In this document: piece by piece, positions 48,567 through 59,823 of the stretch
Numbering within the stretch: position 1 is the stretch's first letter
Layout of the letters: every line of letters begins with the position of its first letter
Assembly: GCA_965222375.1 (NCBI GenBank)
Contig: CBDCTZ010000015.1
Coordinates: 1,504,001-1,568,000 of the forward strand
DNA: 64,000 nucleotides
From: Polyangiaceae bacterium
GTDB taxonomy: Bacteria; Myxococcota_A; Polyangia; Polyangiales; Polyangiaceae
Direction: 5' to 3'
Program-made: the position numbers and the translations under genes
The notes under the pieces: model-generated
Seen by the model: the letters and a program-made list of their open reading frames with translations, nothing else
Told to the model about the DNA's origin: nothing
Databases searched by the model: none

Positions 48567-49217
48567 CTAGCGACGAGGACTGCCACGCCCCTTCTTGCGG
48601 CGTGTTGAGCCGCGCGCACGACTCGCCGCTGGGCGCACCGCGCGGTCGAGTTCCTGCAATAGCCGTTTGCCGCGATGGAATCCGCGTTGCTTCACGAGTT
48701 CTAGCGCGAGGCGTGCCTGCTTTAGATCCTTTGAGTTAGCGTGTGCTACGAGTTCGCGGATGTCGTCGGCATCTTGGGGTCGATCCCGGTCGTCTCGTGC
48801 CAAGATCTTCATTGCCAACAGATGACCGAGGGTCGCGACCGGCACCTTGAGGCGGGGTAGCACCGTCAGCTTTTCTGCCTCCGCTACAATTTCCGGTTCG
48901 ATCCCGGATGACGCGAACAGGAGGTCGACGAACAACCCGGCTTCGGCAGTGAGTCGCACCGTCGCCAGACGACCCCTGGACTTCTGCTCGATGGCCACGG
49001 CCAGTTGGTAACCTCTGGCCAACATTGCATGCACGACCTCTTCGGCTTCCTCGTCGCCGGACGAGGAGACCGCCACATCCACGTCGCGCGTCGTCCTTGG
49101 CTCTGCGCGCGCGCCAACGGCCAGACCACCCACCAGCGCCCAGTGACACCCGCACGCGTCCAGGTCCTTCAGCGCCTGTCGGAGCGTCGACTCGAGGAGG
49201 TTCTTTTTCGAGGCCAC
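48567..49217 (-). CDS. MenT1-like nucleotidyltransferase toxin
   Basis: WALVGGLAVGARAEPRTTRDVD, VDLLFASSGIEPEI, HLLAMKILARDD..RPQD, RGFHR, as recalled for M. tuberculosis Rv0078A. Confidence 0.85.
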   Translation of the reverse strand: MASKKNLLESTLRQALKDLDACGCHWALVGGLAVGARAEPRTTRDVDVAVSSSGDEEAEEVVHAMLARGYQLAVAIEQKSRGRLATVRLTAEAGLFVDLLFASSGIEPEIVAEAEKLTVLPRLKVPVATLGHLLAMKILARDDRDRPQDADDIRELVAHANSKDLKQARLALELVKQRGFHRGKRLLQELDRAVRPAASRARGSTRRKKGRGSPRR

Positions 49218-49408
49218 TCTACGGGTGTCCCGACCGCGTCTCCTGGGCTGGAGCGGGTCTGCCGCCATTGTTTGACTCGGCGTTCGATCTCCGTACGCGA
49301 CAGCGCGGGACTCCGACGCCGTAGGTTGGCGCGCAGCTGGGACTCCGCAATCGAAAAGAGTTCCAGCATGATTTCGACGCGGCCCCGCGGCGTGTCGGCG
49401 CGTTCCAT
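49169..49408 (-). CDS. MenA1-like antitoxin
   Basis: 79 aa; LRRRSP...EIE..V..WR.TR..GD..G resembles Rv0078B; overlaps the toxin gene. Confidence 0.75.
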   Translation of the reverse strand: MERADTPRGRVEIMLELFSIAESQLRANLRRRSPALSRTEIERRVKQWRQTRSSPGDAVGTPVEWPRKRTSSSRRSDRR

Positions 49409-49947
49409 GCTTCGACCATAGCACGCTAGGTATCGTGAAACGGGACAGAGCTGTCGCTGGTGCCGCAAGGGAAGCTCGGCCGCGTCGACGCCTATCGCGC
49501 CCGTAGAGCCTAGCTGCGGCTTTTTCCGGAGTCATCAGTTTCCCCAGCGCCGTGCCCAGCACGTCGGGCGAATGTACAACCTGCTCACGGTTGCGCAGCA
49601 CGGCGCGGTGGGCTCCGTCCGTTTCGCGCACTTCAAATACGATCGTCGGGTGTCACGCCGATTGGGCGTCCACTCATCTCGATGGGCTTCGCGCAAGCGA
49701 AGGTGAGATCCGGCGAGAAGCCACGGTCGAGTTCGCAGGCGCCGACGCGTAGTCGTCGAGTGCTTGATAGGCGACTCGCATTCGCGTGTGAGTGCTTGTC
49801 GTAGAGGGTGCGATGTTCACCTACCGTTTGTCCGGACCGCATTCGGACGCCGTCCGGAATCGCGCCGCGCGACGGAGCGTCGATCGGTTTGAAACTTCGA
49901 TTCATCGCGCAACGTCGCTTGGCCCACGCTTTGCTCAAGGGGCGACC

Positions 49948-51825
49948 ATGCGCTGGTCAGTCCCCCTCACGGTTGTCATTGGTCTTGGTTTGGTCGCTTG
50001 CTCGTCGGCGACGGAAGGTCCGCCTCCGCCCACGCCTGGGGAGCACGCTCAAACTGAAGTTCTCGAACGCGTCTTCGCCGCTGGCGAGCTGAGCCAGAGC
50101 TTCGACTTGGTCGACGGCTACGCTCAATCCGCCGTGATGCCCGTCGAAGGCGGCGCCACCCGCGGTGGGTTCCTCGTCGACCTGCAAGAAGGGGTGGAGC
50201 AGCTGAACGTTGACCTCGAAGTACGCGGCGTTCACGAGGACGGCTCGGCAACCCCATGGGTGCCAGCCCAAGTCACCTGGCAAGAAGGTCCGTACGTGGT
50301 GTTGCGCGCCGACCTGCCCGAACAGGTGACGGCAACCCAGATCCGGCTGCCTTATGAGCAGGCCCAGGGAATCGCCCAGTTGACCTACAGCGCCCTGATC
50401 CCAGCGCCGGAGCAGAAAGCCGACGACAGCGGAGGCCTGGGCACGACCCAAGAGGCGCTCAGCTCAGACCTCTCAGGCGCGATCAAGTCCCGTTCTGCGT
50501 GGAAGGCGCGCAGCAGCAAGTGCGGCGGCAGCGACAACAACAAGTACCGCTTTGCCATCCACCACACCTACACGCCCACGAATTCGTCGGCAGGCTACGA
50601 AGCACGGCTACGTTCAATCCAGGCGTACCACATGGACACACGCAACTGGTGCGATGTGGGCTACCACTTTCTGGTGACCGAAGATGGTCGGGTGTGGGAA
50701 GGGCGCCCCCTCAAATTCCGCGGCGCCCACGTGGCCAACAACAATACCGGCAACATCGGCATCTCCTATGTTGGCTGTTTCCACCCGGGTGCCTGCTCCA
50801 AGATTTCCAACACCACCGTTCCGACGGATGCCGCCGTCAACGGCGGAGGCAAAGCGCTTGGCATCCTAGCCAAGAAGTACGGGATCCCCCTGACGAGCTC
50901 GAAAGTCCTCGGGCACCGCGATCACAAAGGCGCGTCCACATCATGCCCCGGTGACAAGCTGCACAGTCGCCTCCACGACTTGATCAGCATCGCCAAAGGC
51001 GACACGAAGCCGCCGCCACCGCCGCCGCCACCCGAAGATGCGCGCGTGCTCGGTGTGGTTTGGAATTTGGCGTATGAAGGCGGGCCCGGAACCTCTCAGC
51101 GCGTAACCGACGCTACGGTCGGCATTCAAGGTGGGCCAAGCACGAAGGTGCGCGCGAGCGACTCTTTTTGGAGCTTCAGGGTCGCCCCGGGCACCTACAC
51201 ACTCGTGGCCTCGGCGCCAGGTTTCGACAGCATAACCAAGCAGGTAACGCTCGGGGAGGGCGACACCTGGTCGTCCGTTGGCCTGAACCCCACCACCATC
51301 AACGGATTCGTCAACGTCAAGGTGTCCGGCGGCGGGAAGACCCTCGGGTCCGGCATCGTCGTCGTCCCCGGCGTCAGCGCTCATCGCGCGGGCAGTGGGG
51401 GTCTGGTCCAACTCGAGCTGCCGCCCGGGCAGGCCAATCTGGAAGTGTTCCACGAGGGCTACGCTTCGAAGACCCTTACCGTCGACGTTCAGGCCGGAGC
51501 TACAACCCCGGTGACCGCATCACTCACCGCACAGAGCACGCCGCCTGCATCGGGTCGTATTCAGGGAGTCGTTTGGGACAAGTCGGTGACCTCGTCGCCA
51601 TCATCGTCCGGCAACAAGCGAGTTGATCAAGCCATTGTCGCGTGCTCTTGCGGTCAGGCCCTCAAGGCCCGCGCCGGAGATGCCTACTGGTACTTCGACG
51701 CCCCGGCAGGCAATCACACCTTCACCGTGTACGCGGACGGCTACGGCACGGCCGTCAAGAACGCCGACATCTCCAGCGGCGGGAAGGCCTGGGGTTCCGT
51801 CGGAGTCACGCCGGCCAGCAACTAG
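49948..51825 (+). CDS. N-acetylmuramoyl-L-alanine amidase (Amidase_2/PGRP-like) lipoprotein with carboxypeptidase-regulatory repeats
   Basis: IHHT, WCDVGYHF, GAHV, GHRD..TSCPG. Confidence 0.9.
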   Translation: MRWSVPLTVVIGLGLVACSSATEGPPPPTPGEHAQTEVLERVFAAGELSQSFDLVDGYAQSAVMPVEGGATRGGFLVDLQEGVEQLNVDLEVRGVHEDGSATPWVPAQVTWQEGPYVVLRADLPEQVTATQIRLPYEQAQGIAQLTYSALIPAPEQKADDSGGLGTTQEALSSDLSGAIKSRSAWKARSSKCGGSDNNKYRFAIHHTYTPTNSSAGYEARLRSIQAYHMDTRNWCDVGYHFLVTEDGRVWEGRPLKFRGAHVANNNTGNIGISYVGCFHPGACSKISNTTVPTDAAVNGGGKALGILAKKYGIPLTSSKVLGHRDHKGASTSCPGDKLHSRLHDLISIAKGDTKPPPPPPPPEDARVLGVVWNLAYEGGPGTSQRVTDATVGIQGGPSTKVRASDSFWSFRVAPGTYTLVASAPGFDSITKQVTLGEGDTWSSVGLNPTTINGFVNVKVSGGGKTLGSGIVVVPGVSAHRAGSGGLVQLELPPGQANLEVFHEGYASKTLTVDVQAGATTPVTASLTAQSTPPASGRIQGVVWDKSVTSSPSSSGNKRVDQAIVACSCGQALKARAGDAYWYFDAPAGNHTFTVYADGYGTAVKNADISSGGKAWGSVGVTPASN

Positions 51826-51876
51826 TTGACTACTATTCGAGCGACAGCTCGGCGCGGTGCGGTACACTGCCGGGCC

Positions 51877-52206
51877 ATGGCTGCCAAGAAGCGCACGCGC
51901 AAGCAGGCAAGCGAGAGCGTGCGCCCCTTCCAGGAGGTGTGGCGCGTCGTGCGGAGCATTCCCCGCGGCAAGGTCGCGACTTATGGCCAGGTGTCTCGCA
52001 TGATCGACAGACGCCTAACGCCCGTGGGCGTGGGTTGGGCGCTGTCTGGCGCACCCGATGACGTGCCTTGGCAGCGCGTGATCGACTCCAAGGGGGGGAT
52101 CTCGACAGAACGCCAGCACGAAGGGCTGCAGCGCTCGATGCTCGAAGCCGAAGGCGTGCGTTTCGACGACAGCGGGCACGTCGACCTGAAGCGCTATCAG
52201 TGGTGA
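51877..52206 (+). CDS. Alkyltransferase-like protein (ATL, MGMT family)
   Basis: IPRGKVATYGQV; PWQRV with Trp in place of the catalytic Cys. Confidence 0.9.
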   Translation: MAAKKRTRKQASESVRPFQEVWRVVRSIPRGKVATYGQVSRMIDRRLTPVGVGWALSGAPDDVPWQRVIDSKGGISTERQHEGLQRSMLEAEGVRFDDSGHVDLKRYQW

Positions 52207-52457
52207 ATTGCCTCTGAGGGCTGAGTGTGCGCGGCGCTCGGTGCGGATCTCGCGGCGCGCCCGCCCTCACGCGGCAGGGTCTCATCAACCCTGCTGACAC
52301 CACGCTGACAGGACGCCTCTCGTAGTCTCGGAGCTCCTTCGAAACCGGCGGGATCCCGGCCAGCTTTGCACTTCTTAACGAGTTTGCGGCACCTATTAAA
52401 CACTCGCACCCGCGGCGGGCACTTAGCCTCAGGCAGAGCCGAAATGGAGGACAGTGC

Positions 52458-52660
52458 GATGGATGTCATGAGTGAATTGCTGAATACCGTCTCAGGAGTC
52501 GTGTCGCTCCCGCAGGGCAATCACCACGTGATCCGCAACGCCAGCGCTGCCCTCGCCGACTCGCGCGAAGTGGCTTCCTCCGCAAGCCTCGTTGCCGTGC
52601 AATTCGAGCTTGGAGAGACGGAAATGCCAGTGCTCCGGCTTCTTACGGGTCGGATGCAGC
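52458..52660 (+). pseudogene. Possible remnant of a Cupin_6/AraC regulator
   Basis: RBS GGAGG, MDVMSELL, LPQGNHHVI; short and lacks an HTH. Confidence 0.3.
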
Positions 52661-52781
52661 TTTCTCCAAAGCCTTCAAGCGGCACTTTGGTTGTGCACCA
52701 CGGGCCGATCGCCGAGCGGCACGATCCGCACCCGCAGCGGCCTAGCTGGCAGCCGACGAGCCAAGGCGCGAACGCCATGGG

Positions 52782-53420
52782 TTATTTCCCTGCGGGCAGT
52801 TCGCTTTCGCGATGAGCTTCGATGACCGTCAGCTCGCTGCAAGGCTTACCCACTGCGGCCTTGATTGAATCGTTCGAGCCGCAGTCGCTCATCTCCTTGC
52901 CGGGGTAGCTCACGCGGGTCTTGCGAGCCTCGATGCGTATGCGGCCGGGTCCCGCGCGCCGCAGGGCCAGCGCCTCCGCGTCACTGTCACAGATCCCGTC
53001 CTTGGGCATTGCGCTCTTGCCGATGTCGCCCTTCGGCGCTGCTTCATCAAGCGCCCTGGTGAACACCACAGGGTGGTAGACTTGGAGCCCCGTCTCTTGC
53101 TTGGCGAGTCGAATGCAGTCGACCCGGTTGGTTTGCCCACCCCCAGTGAGGATCCGGTTGCCAAAGCTATCGGCAAATCGCAAGTAGTAGAACTTCACCT
53201 TGGGATCGACTATCGGTCCTTCGCTCTCGCATCCCGAGCGGTTTCTCGTGATGCGGTCGACGGCGTAGATCCCCTCGAAGCTGGCGGGTTTCTTCTCTCC
53301 GCTAGCCGAAGTGGCGGCCGGCGCGGTTGGGCCGGCGGAGGACGAACTTCGCGCAGCATCCCGATCCGACTTACAAGCGCAGCAGAGTGCCGAGATGACG
53401 AGAATGCTCAGACATCGCAT
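52782..53420 (-). CDS. Lipoprotein, hypothetical
   Basis: Signal peptide with Cys, low-complexity linker, Cys-containing domain. Confidence 0.75.
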   Translation of the reverse strand: MRCLSILVISALCCACKSDRDAARSSSSAGPTAPAATSASGEKKPASFEGIYAVDRITRNRSGCESEGPIVDPKVKFYYLRFADSFGNRILTGGGQTNRVDCIRLAKQETGLQVYHPVVFTRALDEAAPKGDIGKSAMPKDGICDSDAEALALRRAGPGRIRIEARKTRVSYPGKEMSDCGSNDSIKAAVGKPCSELTVIEAHRESELPAGK

Positions 53421-53522
53421 GTGAGGAGCATCCTAGCCCGATGCCGACGGCGCGAAACCTGCTCCGTGGCACAATCAGGCCCAACTCTTGATGGTATGCA
53501 CATTGCAAATCCAGTGGCAGGG

Positions 53523-53969
53523 ATGGACCACCTAACAGCAACTCGTCAGCGTGCTGGGTGCCATGTTCAGGGTCTGGCGCTGGCAATCGGGCTTATCATC
53601 TCCTGCAGTGGGGGCAGCGACGAACCAGACGGCGCAGGCGGGACTGGGGGGTCCGCTGCGGCAGGCGATGCCGGCAGCAGTGGTGGTGCCTCCAGCGGCG
53701 GGGGCGGCGGCGGTTGCAGCGGCTTCCACGAGACCGACTGCGGTGGCGCATACTGCGTGGACACGCACGATGATCCAAACAACTGCGGCTTATGCGGCAA
53801 TGTCTGCCCCAGCACCTTCGGCTGCCAAGGTGGGTTCTGCGCCTGTGTGTTCGGCGGAACCGAGTGCAACAAGAGATGCGTCGACCTCCAGACCGATCCC
53901 ACGCACTGCGGTGCTTGCAACAACCCGTGCGCTGACGGCCCGTCCTGCGTGGATGGTCAATGCGTCTGA
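53523..53969 (+). CDS. Cys-rich lipoprotein (Stig1-like CVD..DP.NCG.C repeats)
   Basis: CVDTHDDPNNCGLCG, CVDLQTDPTHCGAC. Confidence 0.8.
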   Translation: MDHLTATRQRAGCHVQGLALAIGLIISCSGGSDEPDGAGGTGGSAAAGDAGSSGGASSGGGGGGCSGFHETDCGGAYCVDTHDDPNNCGLCGNVCPSTFGCQGGFCACVFGGTECNKRCVDLQTDPTHCGACNNPCADGPSCVDGQCV

Positions 53970-53996
53970 CCCCTGGCCCCCGAGGGCCTGGGCTTT

Positions 53997-54971
53997 TCAA
54001 CCCGCCAGCGGCGCGAGGTTCTTCTCGAGGCGCGGCTTTGGATCGCCGAGAGCGGGCGCAAAGTCCGTGCCGGTGATCGTCTCGACGGCAATGGCATAGC
54101 GCCGGCTCGCTTCGATGCGGATCGCGTCCGGGACCGGCGGAATGGGCCCGTCCCCCATGAAACCTTGGCTGGCGAGGTAGCGCCGAACGTGTTCCTTGTC
54201 GAAGCTGCCGGGATCTTCGCCAGCCGACATTTTCGCCTCGTAGCTGTCGCTGAACCAATAGCGCGAGGAATCTGGCGTGTGGATCTCGTCGATCAAGACG
54301 ATCTCACCCTCGGGCGTCTTGCCCAGCTCGTACTTGGTGTCCACCAGGATCAGCCCGCGCTCGGCGCAAACCTTCTGGCCAAAGGAAAACAGAGCCAGCG
54401 CCATCTCCGCGGCGCGGTCGAACTCGTCGGGCGGCATCTTGGTGAGTTCCAAGATCTCCTCCCGACTCGCCGAGACGTCGTGGTCGCCCTTTGCGGCCTT
54501 GGTGCTTGGCGTCACGATGGGCTTGGGCAGCCTCTCGTGCTTTCGCAAGCCGTCGGGAAGATCGTGACCACAGAATTTGCGGGCGCCGCCTTCGTAGTGA
54601 ACCCAAATGCTCGTGGAGGTCGTGCCCGTCAGGTAGGCGCGCACCACCATTTCGACGGGTAGTGGCGTGCACTCCCGCACCAACATGGCGTTGGGATCCG
54701 GAACCGAGAGCAGGTGGTTGGGCGCGATGTGCGCTGACTGCTCGAACCACCACGCCGCCACTCGATTCAGCAATTGGCCCTTGAAGGGCAGGGTACCCAA
54801 GATGCGGTCGAAAGCGCTGATGCGGTCTGTGACCACGATCACGCGCCGTCCGTCCGGCAAGCTGTAGTTGTCGCGGACCTTGCCCTCGTACTTCTTGCCT
54901 AGAGCCGAAAAGTCCGTCTCGGTGAGGGGGCAGGCCAAGGCCTCGTTCAGGGCAGCATCCGTGAGGGGCAC
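53997..54971 (-). CDS. purC: SAICAR synthetase
   Basis: GKVRD, TDRISAFD, TPSTK, LVDTKYELG, DEIHTPDSSRYW. Confidence 0.97.
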   Translation of the reverse strand: MPLTDAALNEALACPLTETDFSALGKKYEGKVRDNYSLPDGRRVIVVTDRISAFDRILGTLPFKGQLLNRVAAWWFEQSAHIAPNHLLSVPDPNAMLVRECTPLPVEMVVRAYLTGTTSTSIWVHYEGGARKFCGHDLPDGLRKHERLPKPIVTPSTKAAKGDHDVSASREEILELTKMPPDEFDRAAEMALALFSFGQKVCAERGLILVDTKYELGKTPEGEIVLIDEIHTPDSSRYWFSDSYEAKMSAGEDPGSFDKEHVRRYLASQGFMGDGPIPPVPDAIRIEASRRYAIAVETITGTDFAPALGDPKPRLEKNLAPLAG

Positions 54972-55150
54972 GGCCCGCAGGGTACTCCGCTTTTTCGGCC
55001 TGGGGAGGGCCAGAGATCACCCGGGTGATTTTTTTTGGAACCCCGGCGAAAGGGCGCTGTCAGAGTATTCCGTTCGCATCACGACGCATCGCACAGGGGC
55101 GGCGCGTGGGCGGACCTGACACCGGGTGCTCTGCCCGAGGAGGATTGACT

Positions 55151-55537
55151 ATGCGACGCGTGGTAGCGGGGATTTTTGCGCTTTCTGTTGGCCTACTCTC
55201 TTTTGGCGAGTCCGCGAACTCGGCCAGCCTGACCCTGGACGTCGAATCCGCCGGGGCCGACGAAACCGCGAGCGATTGCGTCGGCTTCCGCAAGAGCGAC
55301 ACCGAAAAGGGCCTCGTCTTCGAGGCCTCCAGCAGCTGCAACCAGAAGCTCAACTGCTCCCTGTCCTGGGTTCTGACCTGCTCGACCGACAAAGGCAAGG
55401 TCACTCAGCGCGCGCCCCAGAGTCGCCGCTTCACCCTGGCCGCCAACGCCTCGACCGAAGAGACCGCCAGCGCCGGCAGCTGCAAGCAGAGTTGGCGCAT
55501 CGACGACGTGCGCTGGAGCTGCCAGGAAGCCAAGTAG
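55151..55537 (+). CDS. Small secreted Cys-containing protein
   Basis: RBS GAGGAGG, signal peptide, six Cys. Confidence 0.8.
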   Translation: MRRVVAGIFALSVGLLSFGESANSASLTLDVESAGADETASDCVGFRKSDTEKGLVFEASSSCNQKLNCSLSWVLTCSTDKGKVTQRAPQSRRFTLAANASTEETASAGSCKQSWRIDDVRWSCQEAK

Positions 55538-55618
55538 GCTGCGGCGCCAGCTCAGGTGGCGTGCTTTTCAGCGCGCGAGCGGGGGGCATGACCCGCTCAC
55601 CCGGGAAACGCTCGCGCG

Positions 55619-56620
55619 TCAGCGTGGGATGACAAGGGCACAGCGCTCGTTGACGCATTGTAGAGATGGGTCGCAACAGTCCCCACTGCTAGCACACTTG
55701 TCGAACTCCTTTGAGCACTCATTGTTTTTCTTGCCGCAGGTCTGCTTACCGGTTTTTGGATCCACTTGGCAGAAACCTTCGCAGCATTCGTCGCCGCTCG
55801 TACACTGCGTTCCGTTGGCTTTGCACGGGTCCAGCACCCAGAACCCTCGTGCATTGCCTGCCAACAACTCCTGCGCGGGCACATAGAACGCGGGATGGCT
55901 CGGATCAGTGCCGGGTTTCGCATTCAGATCGATCGCCGCCACCCAGAGCTTCTTCGTGGTCGTATTCTTGATGAGGTCGTGCTTCCTCGGATCGCTGGCC
56001 CAAGGGTCGATGGTTGCCACGCTGCCGTACATTCGACGGCTCAAGAAGACAATCCACGCGTAGCCTCCGGAAGGCACGGGTCCCACGGTGGGTTCGTAGT
56101 TGAGAACAGAGTCGTCCGAGTGGTTGTTGGGCCCAGTGGGCAGATAACCCTTGCCGTTCGCTCGGTCCAAACGCGTTGCGGTTGCCGTCTTCGTATCTAC
56201 CCACCAGAGCTCGCCTTTCGTCCCATTCCGGGTTTCGAACTGGTCTTTCGGAATGCCCACGCCCAGCTCCATCGTTTGGAACACCACGCCGTTGGCCGTG
56301 GGCAGAAAGCTGGGCCAAGCAGGACGCTGGGGACTCTTGCTCTTGTACAAGAGCCGGCCATTTGAAAATGTGCTCGTGGTTCGATCGAAGTCCATGATCG
56401 CGAGCTGTGTGCCGTTGCCCGCTCCCGTGCCCGCATTGCCTGGGCCCGCGTACAGGTTGAAAGCAACACTCTTGTCATTCGGCGCGAAAGTCGGAAAGCC
56501 TGCGCGCGACACGAAGGTGCTCAAACCCGTCGTGGGAATGGACTGTCCACTCGCCATGTCGAATAGCTTGCTTTGGGCTGCATGTGATGTGTTGCCGCCA
56601 ATCTTGGCAGAACGGTCCTT
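55619..56620 (-). pseudogene. C-terminal part of a myxobacterial TolB-like propeller / Dickkopf-Cys protein
   Basis: LNYEPTV.P..SGGYAWIVF.SRRMYG, KKLWVAAID, DPSHPAFY; no signal peptide or N-terminus. Confidence 0.65.
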
Positions 56621-56755
56621 GAAGAGCCGAATCTCAACGAGCCCACACCCCCAAGTTGTGTGATCGACATGCCATCTGGGGTTCCTAACCCTGGTTGCGG
56701 GACAGGACGGCGTGCCCCGCGCTGGCTTGAGGCGCCGCAAATCCTTGTACAACGG

Positions 56756-57925
56756 CTAGTTGTTGTTCAGCGTGTCCGCTCCCCACTTGCAGATGCGATT
56801 CTTGATCGTGGGGAACGCGTCGCAGGTCTGAATGCAGTACACACGCTCGCCAACGAACGGAGCGGCGAGATCAACATTGCCGTTCTTGATCGTGCAAGCC
56901 GCGACAGGAGCGGGGATGAGCCATTCATCCCGCCAGCGACAAGAGCGATTCACAGCATGGTTGAAGCTGTCGCACAGCTTCTGGCAGCTCGGGCGGAGCG
57001 CCCAACCGGCCAGAATGGTCTTCTGCCACGGAGCGGCCATGGGAGCGACTGACCAGAGAATGGCACCATCTCCGCCCTTGATCATGCAGTGAGCGATCTC
57101 GGGGGCGTTGTGGAGCCACTCGTCTCCCCATCGGCACTGGCGTCCCGCCTGAGTGTGGCTGTTGCAAAGGGACTGACACTTGGACCGCGTCAGTTTCTGC
57201 ACTGGCGCGAGCTGCAGACCCAGGCCGCCATCGATATCGCAGTCCTGGACTGCATCGCCAAATACGCGTTGGTCGAGCGTGCTCGGCGTGGACACCTTCG
57301 CATTGGTTCCGCGGAGTTTCAGCGTGTGTCCGGCTCCGTCGAGGTACCCAGCTGGAAGCGTCCAAGTGAAGCCGTTTTCGCAGCCATCGCAGATCCCTGC
57401 CAAATCTGTCGTTACCGCACTTGCGACCAAAGTATCTTCGACCTTGTCGTCCACGAGTAGCTGGACTGTTACCAATCGCGTTGGATCTTGAAGATCGAGC
57501 GCCCAGCCGCTGACTTTTCCGTTGCTTATTTCGGTGACCGCGCCAGCGAGCGCTACATCGCCCCCCGCTACGAGGCGTGCGGTGACCGGTGGCGAAGCGG
57601 GAAAGTCGCACGCCTTGCAGCAACTACCCTGCTCGCAGCGTTCCCCAGCGGAGATGTTGACGTACCCATCTCCGCAGCGCGACAGAGTGCAATCTGCGTT
57701 GCAGGCGGCGGTTTCCGTACCTTCGTCGCATTCCTCATCCGCGTCGACGATCTTGTCACCGCAATTTGGGGGAATGCCTCCTCCCGTTCCACCACCGCCC
57801 GTGTTACCGCTGCCGGCAGTGCCGGCGTTTCCGGCTGTGGCCATGGAATCGTCCGAACATGCCGTCCCTACCGCGGCAAAGACCACCACCGACGAAGTGC
57901 CGAGCAAGATCGCCGCGCGCTTCAT
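56756..57925 (-). CDS. Lipoprotein with Myxococcus Cys-rich repeats and three C-terminal Cys repeats
   Basis: [26 protein letters not shown], repeated C..LC...CRW.DEW. Confidence 0.8.
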   Translation of the reverse strand: MKRAAILLGTSSVVVFAAVGTACSDDSMATAGNAGTAGSGNTGGGGTGGGIPPNCGDKIVDADEECDEGTETAACNADCTLSRCGDGYVNISAGERCEQGSCCKACDFPASPPVTARLVAGGDVALAGAVTEISNGKVSGWALDLQDPTRLVTVQLLVDDKVEDTLVASAVTTDLAGICDGCENGFTWTLPAGYLDGAGHTLKLRGTNAKVSTPSTLDQRVFGDAVQDCDIDGGLGLQLAPVQKLTRSKCQSLCNSHTQAGRQCRWGDEWLHNAPEIAHCMIKGGDGAILWSVAPMAAPWQKTILAGWALRPSCQKLCDSFNHAVNRSCRWRDEWLIPAPVAACTIKNGNVDLAAPFVGERVYCIQTCDAFPTIKNRICKWGADTLNNN

Positions 57926-59565
57926 GTCGCCGTCTCGTCGACCGGGGCTCGCGCGAGCAAGAGCTGTCGGAGGGAGCGGCGCACCCCGGCGTGAGCACTC
58001 CACGCTGAGTACAAGAGGTTGTCCTTCTCCTGGGGGTCGGCTTTCAGGTCGTAGAGTTCTTCGAACAAGCCACCGGTCTTCTCTGGGTACGACACGTACC
58101 GCCAACGGTCGGTGCGGAGGGAGTGGACGACGGGGTCGAGGCTAGGGGTGAGATCCACTCGGTAGCTGGTGATGGCGGCGCTTGGCCACGGGAGGGACGG
58201 ATCCTCCAGCACCGGTCGTAGGCTCTGGCCGTCGAGCTCTTGCGGCGGGGCTGGGCCTTGTCCGTCAAAGGCGAGGTCGACGAGGGTCGGGAAGATGTCG
58301 AGTAGGCTGCTCACCGCCGAGGTGCGAACGTTCTGCGCGCCGCCGGGCGCACTGATGATGAAGGGAACCCGCGCTGAGCGCTCCCACAGCTTGAACTTCC
58401 GCCAGCCGAGTTTTTCGCCGAGAAACCAACCGTGATCGCTCCACAATACGATGATCGTGTTGTCAGCTACCGCGGACGCCTCGAGGGCATCGAGGACCTG
58501 ACCCAAACACTCGTCGGTGAAGGAAGTGCTCGCGAGATAGGCCTGGATCGCCTGGGCATGGCCACCGCGGCCTTCGACGTAAGGCATCTGATCGAGGTCG
58601 TAGTGGTCGGTTGTCGATGATGGCCCGCTTTCGTTGGTGGCCCAATGGGTCTCCAACATGTACTGCTTGGCGAAGGGTGGCAGGTCCGTAATGTCCGCTT
58701 CTGCCGCAGAGAAATCGGGCACCTGGATCGCCTTCAATGGGTACATGTCGTAGAAGCGGCTCGGGACGTACCAGGAGATGTGCGGGCGAAAGAAGCCAAG
58801 GCCCAAGAAGAATGGTGTCCCATTCGCACTCGCCTGCTCGAGGTGTCCGGCTGCCCAGGTGGCAAGGGATTTGTCTGGCGTAAGCGCCTCTTGGGCCGGG
58901 TTGTCGTAGGCTCGGCCGATCATCGCCTGTAGACGGCCATCCGAGCTGCTGGGGGAGCGATAATTGACTTTCGTCGCTTCGAAGTTGTGCACCCGGTATT
59001 CATCCCAAACACCAGAATCGTAGTGCCCAAAGATAGGTTTGGCGACACCCGAGGGGCTGCCGTAGCCGCCGTGAAAGATTTTCCCACCGCCTAGCAGCCG
59101 ATACCCCTGCTGTTTGAAGTAGCGAGGCAGCGACCACAAGTCCGTATAGGGAACCCGGCCGAGCACCTCCTTCTTCACGTTTGGGTCGATGATGTTTTCC
59201 TGGGAATACAAGCCGGAGCGATAGGGGGCGATGCCCGACAGGGTGGCGCTCCGCGAGCCACCGCAGGAAGGCACCGAGCAGTAGGCGCGCTCGAAGGCGA
59301 CGCCTTGCGCGGCAAGGCGGTCGATGTTGGGGGTCTTGATACCGGGGTAGCCGCCGAGCACCGAGGCGAAGTCATTCAAATCATCGATCGAGATGAAAAG
59401 AATGTTGGGTCGTTTCGTCGGAAAGCAAATGGGTTCTTTCGGGAGCGCGGAGCGTCGCACGCGTGACGGAGACGGTGCATCTCGACCACAGGCGACGGCC
59501 CCGAGCGCGCTCAGGCCGGCATTCACAAACCCACGTCGTGTCAACCGGCTGCGAAATCGTTTCAC
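57922..59565 (-). CDS. Tat-exported sulfatase (iduronate-2-sulfatase-like)
   Basis: [42 protein letters not shown]. Confidence 0.92.
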   Translation of the reverse strand: MKRFRSRLTRRGFVNAGLSALGAVACGRDAPSPSRVRRSALPKEPICFPTKRPNILFISIDDLNDFASVLGGYPGIKTPNIDRLAAQGVAFERAYCSVPSCGGSRSATLSGIAPYRSGLYSQENIIDPNVKKEVLGRVPYTDLWSLPRYFKQQGYRLLGGGKIFHGGYGSPSGVAKPIFGHYDSGVWDEYRVHNFEATKVNYRSPSSSDGRLQAMIGRAYDNPAQEALTPDKSLATWAAGHLEQASANGTPFFLGLGFFRPHISWYVPSRFYDMYPLKAIQVPDFSAAEADITDLPPFAKQYMLETHWATNESGPSSTTDHYDLDQMPYVEGRGGHAQAIQAYLASTSFTDECLGQVLDALEASAVADNTIIVLWSDHGWFLGEKLGWRKFKLWERSARVPFIISAPGGAQNVRTSAVSSLLDIFPTLVDLAFDGQGPAPPQELDGQSLRPVLEDPSLPWPSAAITSYRVDLTPSLDPVVHSLRTDRWRYVSYPEKTGGLFEELYDLKADPQEKDNLLYSAWSAHAGVRRSLRQLLLARAPVDETAT

Positions 59566-59823
59566 GTGATTCACGATATTCAGACCACCAGGAGAGGTCA
59601 ACAAGGGCGGCGTCACGCATGCCTGGACAGCGCAACCCATTTCCCGAAGTACAAGCCGTTGAGATAGGGCTCGCCACGCAGTTCAGAGACGACTTCCACC
59701 AACAATTCACAGGGACCTCTTTGGCGGCCCAGCAACCGATGGAGCTGGGATCTCCTCACCGACACCATGCAGCGCGGCTTCCGGGTTCGGCTGGCATTGG
59801 CGACGGATGATCCCCGCCTGGAT

